From assembly GCA_965223325.1 (NCBI GenBank), contig CBDCWI010000001.1, forward strand, positions 2,016,001 through 2,080,000: a stretch of 64,000 nucleotides of DNA. The letters run 5' to 3'. Below are positions 58,007 to 64,000 of this stretch, one piece after another. The stretch is from Candidatus Multivoradales bacterium. GTDB lineage: Bacteria > Acidobacteriota > Thermoanaerobaculia > Multivoradales > Multivoraceae. The number at the start of each line of letters is the position of its first letter. Position 1 is the stretch's first letter. The position numbers and the translations under genes were made by a program. The notes under the pieces were generated by a model. It ran no database searches and was not told the DNA's origin. It was given only the letters and a program-made list of their open reading frames with translations.

Positions 58007-59345
58007 GGAAGATCTCCAGCCAGTGGATGCACGATCAGTCGTTGCGACCAGTCCGCAGTATAGGAGCGCGCTCGGAGGTGGCGCCCTCCTCTCTCTGGCC
58101 GCTCTACTTCTGGCCCTTTCAGGATGTGGCCCCAGCTCCCTGCAACAACCACAGGACCTGGCCGAGGAGGCAACGACCGATGCCGACACCGAGGTCGTCA
58201 CCGGCCTCGAACGCATCGCTCGCGGCGAAGACCAGTTCCTGCGCGGGCGCCGCATCGGGCTCATCGCGCACCGCGCTTCGACAACTCGCGACGGCCGTCA
58301 TGCCATCGACGTCCTGCACGACCGCGAACTCGACCTGGTGCGCATCTTCGCCCCCGAGCATGGCCTTCGCGGCGAGGCTGCGGCTGGCGAGTCGGTCGCC
58401 AGTGGCATCGATCCACAGACGGGCCTTCCGATCACCAGCCTCTACGGCGAGAGGCGGGCCCCTTCGGCCGCAGACATCGCAGGCCTCGACACTCTCGTCT
58501 TCGACCTGCAAGACGCCGGGGTTCGTTTCTACACCTACATCAGCACCATGATCCTCACCCTCGAGGCCGCCTCGGAGGCGGGCCTCGAGTACGTCGTGCT
58601 CGACCGTCCGAACCCTCTCGGCGGCGTGCTGGTGGACGGGCCGCTGGCGGCTCCACGCGAGGACGTACCGGAGAGTCTCGTCAACATGGCACCTGGACCG
58701 CTGGTGCACGGAATGACCGCCGGGGAGATGGCGCAGCTCGTGCACGCGCGCCGCGCTCCCGACGCTCGCCTCAGCGTCGTCGAAATGACCGGGTGGAGCC
58801 GCCACATGATCTGGTCGGACACCAACCGCCCGTGGGTCGCGCCATCGCCGAATCTACGCACCGCCGAAGCTGCTCTGGCCTACCCCGGAGTGGCGCTGTT
58901 CGAATCAACCAACATCTCAGAAGGCCGCGGGACCGAGGCACCGTTCCTGGTCTTCGGTGCGCCGTGGATCGGCGAGGACAACCACTTCCTGGGCTCAGCG
59001 CCGAGCGGCATACGGCTGGAACCAATCGAGTTCGAACCGGTCGGCTCACCCGCTGCTCCCCACCCCAAGTGGAACGGCGACCGCTGTCGCGGCTATCGCT
59101 TGCGCATCGAAGATGCGGACCTGTTGCGGCCGGCGGCCATGGGGGTCCAACTGTTGGCGCACTTTCAAACCGCACCGGAGTTCGAGTGGCGCCAGGGCGG
59201 CGACGCCTTGACCTGGCTCGTCGGCACGCCCGCGCTGATCGAGGCATTGCGTGCCGGTCGCCCCGCAGAGGGCATCATCTCGTCCTGGCAGCCAGGCCAC
59301 GATTCGTGGCGTGAGGAACGAGAACCCTTTCTTCTCTATCGATGA
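58005..59345 (+). CDS. namZ: Exo-beta-N-acetylmuramidase NamZ family (DUF1343) lipoprotein
   Basis: LSGC lipobox; 'FAPEHG', 'SLYG', 'FDLQDAGVRFYTY', 'DRPNP', 'HGMT.GE', 'PSPN', 'SEGRGT'. Confidence 0.9.
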   Translation: MEDLQPVDARSVVATSPQYRSALGGGALLSLAALLLALSGCGPSSLQQPQDLAEEATTDADTEVVTGLERIARGEDQFLRGRRIGLIAHRASTTRDGRHAIDVLHDRELDLVRIFAPEHGLRGEAAAGESVASGIDPQTGLPITSLYGERRAPSAADIAGLDTLVFDLQDAGVRFYTYISTMILTLEAASEAGLEYVVLDRPNPLGGVLVDGPLAAPREDVPESLVNMAPGPLVHGMTAGEMAQLVHARRAPDARLSVVEMTGWSRHMIWSDTNRPWVAPSPNLRTAEAALAYPGVALFESTNISEGRGTEAPFLVFGAPWIGEDNHFLGSAPSGIRLEPIEFEPVGSPAAPHPKWNGDRCRGYRLRIEDADLLRPAAMGVQLLAHFQTAPEFEWRQGGDALTWLVGTPALIEALRAGRPAEGIISSWQPGHDSWREEREPFLLYR

Positions 59346-59348
59346 GCC

Positions 59349-60125
59349 CTACCCATCGACCGATCCCACCGATAGCGCGGCGAAAGTGGCGAGTTCGAGG
59401 TCCGACTTGGCAAGCGCCTCGCGTACCTCGACCGAGCAGAGAATCTCGAGCTCACGCAGGCGATCGTCGGCGTAGGCACTGGTGTCGCGCAGCGCCTGGT
59501 CTGACTCGCCGGGGTGACACATCACTTCGGTCACCCCGCCGGAGGCCGCAGCAGTGAGAACGTCGAGCAGCACTTCGAGTTGCGCGTTGACACCATAGAA
59601 ACGCTCTTCGAAGACGTCGGTAGTACGAACCCTGGTGCCAACAAGCCGAGGCGCTCCCCGTGGGTCGATGCGCCGAACGGGCAGGCCTTCATCCTCTGCG
59701 AGCTCGAGCACCACCGAACGAACCACCGGGTGACGGTGCGCATGGTGATGACTGTCGAGATGAGTTGGCGGGCGGCCCACCAGTCGCTCGAAGCGAGCGT
59801 ACTGCGCCCGGACCTCGGCACGCACCTCGGCTTCCCGGAGGTCGCAGAAGGCGTCGGGCCGACGATGGAACCGACCATCAGCCGCCGTGAGCGACGGAAG
59901 TTCGGCGGGCGGTAGGAGTGGGATACCACCGCTCAGCTGGGTGTGGAGGCCAACCCCGAGACGAGGGAAACGCACCAGGGACATAGCAGCGCTCTCAGCC
60001 GACTCGGCATTGACCATCAGGGTCGCGCTACTCACGATGCCCTCTGCGTGCGCTCTGAAGATGCCCCGATCGACACACTCGGAACGACCGAGGTCGTCGG
60101 CATTGATGATCACTACCGGCGCCAT
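59349..60125 (-). CDS. ChbG/YdjC-family carbohydrate deacetylase
   Basis: 'INADDLG', 'SATLMVN', 'GLH', 'PTHLDSHHH', 'EVMCHPG', 'R..EL.IL'. Confidence 0.92.
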   Translation of the reverse strand: MAPVVIINADDLGRSECVDRGIFRAHAEGIVSSATLMVNAESAESAAMSLVRFPRLGVGLHTQLSGGIPLLPPAELPSLTAADGRFHRRPDAFCDLREAEVRAEVRAQYARFERLVGRPPTHLDSHHHAHRHPVVRSVVLELAEDEGLPVRRIDPRGAPRLVGTRVRTTDVFEERFYGVNAQLEVLLDVLTAAASGGVTEVMCHPGESDQALRDTSAYADDRLRELEILCSVEVREALAKSDLELATFAALSVGSVDG

Positions 60126-60128
60126 GGG

Positions 60129-61058
60129 CTACTCGAGGCTGGCAAGGGCCAGGGTCACAGCGCCGGTAGCCGGTTCGTCTTCGAGACGAGACACTTCGGC
60201 GGCTGGCAGTTCGAGCTTCCTGGTCACTCTCTCGACCAGACTCGGGCAACCTTTGAACACGCCGCCGGCGAGAACCAGAGGATAAGACTCGGGCATCTCG
60301 AGCGGCGCTGCTGCGGCTTCGGCAGCCCGCGAGAGGTGGTGCGCCGCCTGTTCGAGTAGCGCCTCGGCCTCGGCGTCACCTTCGCCGGCGGCCTCTTCGA
60401 CCAGCGGGGCAAGCTGTGCGACGCGATGGCGCGACTTACCTTGTTCGTAGAACCACTCCACCAGGTCACTGGGCTGGTCGATGTCGAGCCGTTTGCAAAC
60501 CCGGCCGTAGACCGAGGTGGCCGGGCCACGTCCATCGGCGGCGCGGATTCCGAGGCGCACCGCGGCATGACCCAGCCAGTAGGCCGAGCCCTCGTCACCG
60601 AGCAGATAGCCCCATCCGCCCGAGCGCGCCGTGGTGCCGTCGGGCGCAACCGCGTAGGCAATCGAACCTGTACCGGCCACCACCACCACTCCAAGGGCCT
60701 CGTGTGCGCCCGCAACCAGAGCGATGTGTGCGTCGTGGACGATGGTGACATTCTCGCGCAAGCCGAGGCGCCGCAACATCGCGTGCAGAAGTTCGCGTTG
60801 ACCCGGTCGGTCGACGCCTGCGATCCCGAGACAAACCGCCGTGATCGGTCCCTCAGGGCGCAGGTCTTCGAGCAGCTGGTAGACCACCTTCTCAACTGCC
60901 AACTCGCCGTGCACCAGCAGGTTCGCCCCTTCGCCGCGCGCGCGCGCCACCACGCGACCTGTCGCGTCTGCCAGGAGACCAACGGTCTTCGTACCGCCAG
61001 CGTCGAGGCCAACGACCAGGGGTTCGGATTGTTGGTTTTCGTCGTCGGAGGGACTCAT
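60129..61058 (-). CDS. BadF/BadG-family amino-sugar (GlcNAc/MurNAc) kinase
   Basis: 'GLDAGGTKT', 'LGIAG', 'AGTGSIA', 'GGWGYLLGDEGSAYWLG', 'LAGGVF'; ATG 61058 with GAGG RBS. Confidence 0.9.
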   Translation of the reverse strand: MSPSDDENQQSEPLVVGLDAGGTKTVGLLADATGRVVARARGEGANLLVHGELAVEKVVYQLLEDLRPEGPITAVCLGIAGVDRPGQRELLHAMLRRLGLRENVTIVHDAHIALVAGAHEALGVVVVAGTGSIAYAVAPDGTTARSGGWGYLLGDEGSAYWLGHAAVRLGIRAADGRGPATSVYGRVCKRLDIDQPSDLVEWFYEQGKSRHRVAQLAPLVEEAAGEGDAEAEALLEQAAHHLSRAAEAAAAPLEMPESYPLVLAGGVFKGCPSLVERVTRKLELPAAEVSRLEDEPATGAVTLALASLE

Positions 61059-61231
61059 CAGAGAAACCTCGAGGGTGCCGGTTGGCGCGCCCCCTCTTTC
61101 ACGTTCTCGAACTTGTAGGGAACCACCCCATGGCGTGGCGCATCGCCTGAGCCGAATAAGAGCGACCTTATACGCATTCTGGCGCCCTCGGTTGCGACTT
61201 TCGACAGTTCGAATCGACCTGTTCGGCCGGC

Positions 61232-61259
61232 TTGCAACAAAGCTCCAAGGTGCTACGCT
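61232..61259 (+). promoter_or_regulatory. Putative sigma70-type promoter for the TonB-dependent receptor
   Basis: TTGCAA-16 nt-TACGCT with an extended -10 TG, about 105 nt upstream of ATG 61367. Confidence 0.5.
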
Positions 61260-61366
61260 GAACCGGCTCACGCCCCGATTTCTTTACGCAGATGTGGACG
61301 AGACAGGGATGAACTGATCCCCGCCACGCCGCGACTCAGACGACGAGTCTAAGAAAGGACCGCCCC

Positions 61367-64000
61367 ATGAAGCAGCTTCCCCTTTTCACCCTGCTGGCCC
61401 TCGTGGTCACTTTGCCCCTGGTTACCGCGCCGCTGGCCGCCCAGCAGCAGGTGGGCGGCATCTCCGGCGACGTCCTGGACCCGAACGGCGGCGCCATGCC
61501 TGGCGTCACGGTCGAAGCGTCCAGTGACTCACTACCGCGCGCACGCGCCACCATCTCCGATCAGAACGGCGTCTTCCGGCTGCCGGCTCTGCCGCCGGGT
61601 GACTACACCGTCACCTTCTCTCTCAGCGGTATGGAGACCGTCACCCAGGAGGTTGCGGTCCTTCTCCAGCAGACCACGCGCATCAACGCGGTCCTCCAGC
61701 CTGAGGGAATCTCGGAGCAAATCCAGGTCACCTCGACGTCGCTGATCGACGCCTCCTCGACCGAGCTCAAGAGCGCGATCTCAGAACAGGTCATCGATGC
61801 CGTACCCACCGGGCAGGAGTATCGCGACATCGTCAAGCTGATTCCGGGCGTCCAGTACACCGAGAACAGCGTGCGCGGTCCCTCCGCTGGTGGCAACGGT
61901 CAAGACAACGTCTACCAGTTCGACGGTGTGAACGTGACCCTGCCGCTCTTCGGCACGCTCTCGGCCGAGCCCTCGACGCATGACATCGAACAGGTCTCGA
62001 TCGTCAAGGGTGGCGCCAAGGCGCTCGACTTCAACCGCTCCGGCGGTTTTACGATCAACACGCTGTCGAAGTCCGGCAAGTCGCAGTTCCACGGCCTGGC
62101 CAGCTACCAGGTCCAGACCGACGGCATGACCGGCTCGCGCGACGTCTCGAGCGCCTCTGAGTTCGACCGCGACCAGGACTGGGCAACCGCCTCGATCGCC
62201 GGCCCGATCGTCCAGGACAATCTCTTTTTCTACGCGTCCTACTACCGGCCGACGATCACCCGCGACAGCCGCTCGAACCTCTACGGGTCGGTTCCCGACG
62301 CTGAGAGTGTGCGCGACGAGTTGTTCGGCAAGCTGACCTTCACCCCCACTGACTCGCTGCTCATCAACGCAAGCTACCGCGATGGTGAGACTGACGGCCA
62401 GGGCGAAGGCGTCACCGCCGAAGACACGGCGGGCACCGTCTCATCGGGTAGCGACTCGGAGCTCAAGGTCGCCATTCTCGAAGCGTCCTACGTGATCAAC
62501 GCCAACCATCTGGTCGACTTCAAGTACACCGACTACGACAACCCCACTTCGGGACGCCCCGACAACCTGCTCGGCTTCCAGATCGCCCTCGACGGCAGCG
62601 TCGGCCTCGATGTGGGCAACCTCGATCGCCAGGGGCGCTTCAACGTTCCGCAGCCGCGCACCGGAAACGACTTCTTCAACGCACCTCTCGGACCGATCAT
62701 CGATCGCTACGGCTTCCTGGAGAATGGCGTTCGGGTCGGCGGCGGCACCGTCGGCGTTGGCAACACCATCAACGACCAGGACTTCTTCCGCGAGAGCTAC
62801 CAGCTCGGCTGGGACTGGTTCATCGACGGCAACGTCGGCCATGAACTGCACTTCGGTTTCCAGAACTACGAAGACGGCGAAGACCTCGCCCGTACGTCGA
62901 ACGGCTGGGGTCTCATCGACTACAGCGGCGGCCTGCGCACGCTCTCCGACGGCACACCGGTGATCTGGGAGGCACGTTTTCAACAGCAGAGCCTCAACGA
63001 CCCGAACGACGCCGTGGCCAGCCGCATCATCTCCGAGGTCGAGTCGACAAACTTCGAGATCAACGACACCATCACCTTCGACAACTGGTCGGTGAACATT
63101 GGTGCCCTGTTCTCGAACGACGAGCTCTTCGGCCAGGGCCTTCGCCACAACAGCGCCAGCCCCTCGGGCTTCGAACTCGCGCCGGGCAACCGCTACAAAA
63201 TGTACGAGGTTGAGTTCGAAGATCAGATCCAGCCGCGCATCGGCGTCGTGCGTAGCTTCGATGGCGGTAACACCACCGCCTACGCCAGCTACGCGCTCTA
63301 TACGCCGGCGGCCAGTTCGCTGCCACGTGCAGCATCCTGGGACCGCAACCTGAGTCGAGAAATCCGCGCCTTCTTCGACGCCAACGGCACGCTGATCGGC
63401 CAGGAAGCCATTCGCTCCTCATCGGGCAAGTTCTTCCAGCCCAACCTCGACCCGCGGTCGATCGACGAGTACATCCTCGGCGGAACCCGCCGCTTCAGTC
63501 CTCGTCTGACGGCCCGGTCGCACTTCCGCTACCGCAAGGGTTCGAACTTCTGGGAAGATACGAACAACAACGCCCGCTCACGGTTCGAGCCGCCAGCCGG
63601 GATCCCGACCGAGGACTACATCCCGAACCTCAATGACTTCCGCTTCGCCCCGGATCCGTTCCGAATCGGAGGTAGCTCTTACGTCATCGCCGAACTCGAC
63701 GGTGCGTTCACCAAGTACTACGAGGTCAGCACCGAGGCCGAGTGGCGCCTCGACAAGGCCTGGATCAAGGGTTCTTACGTCTGGTCGCACTACTACGGCA
63801 ACTTCGATCAGGACAACACCACCACCGGGAACGATGGCAACATCTTCATTGGTTCGTCGTTCATCGCCGACGGCGCTGGCCGCCAGCTGTGGGACAACCG
63901 CTACGGCAACCTCAAGGGTGACCGTCGCAACCAGGTGAAGCTCTACGGCTTCTACGAACTGCCCTGGAACGCCACCGCCGGAGCCTTCGCGGTCTACCAG
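61367..64000 (+). CDS. TonB-dependent receptor (Oar-like), 3'-truncated by the window; absent from the ORF track
   Basis: AAAGGA RBS; MKQLPLFTLLALVVTLPLVTAPLAAQQQVGGISGDVLDPNGGAMPGVTVEA...LPALPPGDYTVTF...; plug-like 'QDNVYQFDGVNVT', 'INTLSKSG', 'GPIVQDNLFFY'; I saw no in-frame stop before the window end. Confidence 0.9.
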   Translation, partial: MKQLPLFTLLALVVTLPLVTAPLAAQQQVGGISGDVLDPNGGAMPGVTVEASSDSLPRARATISDQNGVFRLPALPPGDYTVTFSLSGMETVTQEVAVLLQQTTRINAVLQPEGISEQIQVTSTSLIDASSTELKSAISEQVIDAVPTGQEYRDIVKLIPGVQYTENSVRGPSAGGNGQDNVYQFDGVNVTLPLFGTLSAEPSTHDIEQVSIVKGGAKALDFNRSGGFTINTLSKSGKSQFHGLASYQVQTDGMTGSRDVSSASEFDRDQDWATASIAGPIVQDNLFFYASYYRPTITRDSRSNLYGSVPDAESVRDELFGKLTFTPTDSLLINASYRDGETDGQGEGVTAEDTAGTVSSGSDSELKVAILEASYVINANHLVDFKYTDYDNPTSGRPDNLLGFQIALDGSVGLDVGNLDRQGRFNVPQPRTGNDFFNAPLGPIIDRYGFLENGVRVGGGTVGVGNTINDQDFFRESYQLGWDWFIDGNVGHELHFGFQNYEDGEDLARTSNGWGLIDYSGGLRTLSDGTPVIWEARFQQQSLNDPNDAVASRIISEVESTNFEINDTITFDNWSVNIGALFSNDELFGQGLRHNSASPSGFELAPGNRYKMYEVEFEDQIQPRIGVVRSFDGGNTTAYASYALYTPAASSLPRAASWDRNLSREIRAFFDANGTLIGQEAIRSSSGKFFQPNLDPRSIDEYILGGTRRFSPRLTARSHFRYRKGSNFWEDTNNNARSRFEPPAGIPTEDYIPNLNDFRFAPDPFRIGGSSYVIAELDGAFTKYYEVSTEAEWRLDKAWIKGSYVWSHYYGNFDQDNTTTGNDGNIFIGSSFIADGAGRQLWDNRYGNLKGDRRNQVKLYGFYELPWNATAGAFAVYQ

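Noticed and set aside
61270-61360. Riboswitch in the TonB-receptor leader (hairpins GGGAT/ATCCC and GACTC/GAGTC); same question for 33400-33600
   Set aside because: Only short stems, with no cobalamin, TPP or other recognisable consensus.

Overview
GC-rich bacterial chromosomal segment with about 47 densely packed genes and no rRNA, tRNA, CRISPR array, transposase or phage gene that I can recognise. An ADOP-type duplicated ABC permease, Oar-like TonB-dependent receptors and C-terminal 'LFADxFE..AWS' tails suggest an Acidobacteriota (Thermoanaerobaculia-like) host; this is an inference. Content is dominated by secreted hydrolases (five SxxK penicillin-recognising-fold proteins, S10, M1 and M20 peptidases) and peptidoglycan/amino-sugar salvage genes (murQ, namZ, BadF-type kinase, ChbG/YdjC deacetylase). 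It also carries ychF, lysA, mddA, a PVC-type dehydrogenase/blue-copper/cytochrome c module, DUF1800/DUF1501, two glycosyltransferases and a RES-Xre toxin-antitoxin pair. Features the ORF track misses or mis-splits: (1) an ArsC-family selenoprotein (6090-6431, minus strand) with an in-frame UGA in a UxxC motif, a SECIS-like hairpin and an ATGA overlap with a Ser/Thr kinase; (2) a structured repeat mosaic at 9.85-10.35 kb (2x173 bp and 2x47 bp); (3) a C-terminal motif shared by two unrelated exported proteins; (4) a surface-protein gene frameshifted at a G7 tract; (5) several apparently leaderless genes; (6) a TonB-dependent receptor running off the right edge. All family calls come from motif recognition by eye, not from database searches.
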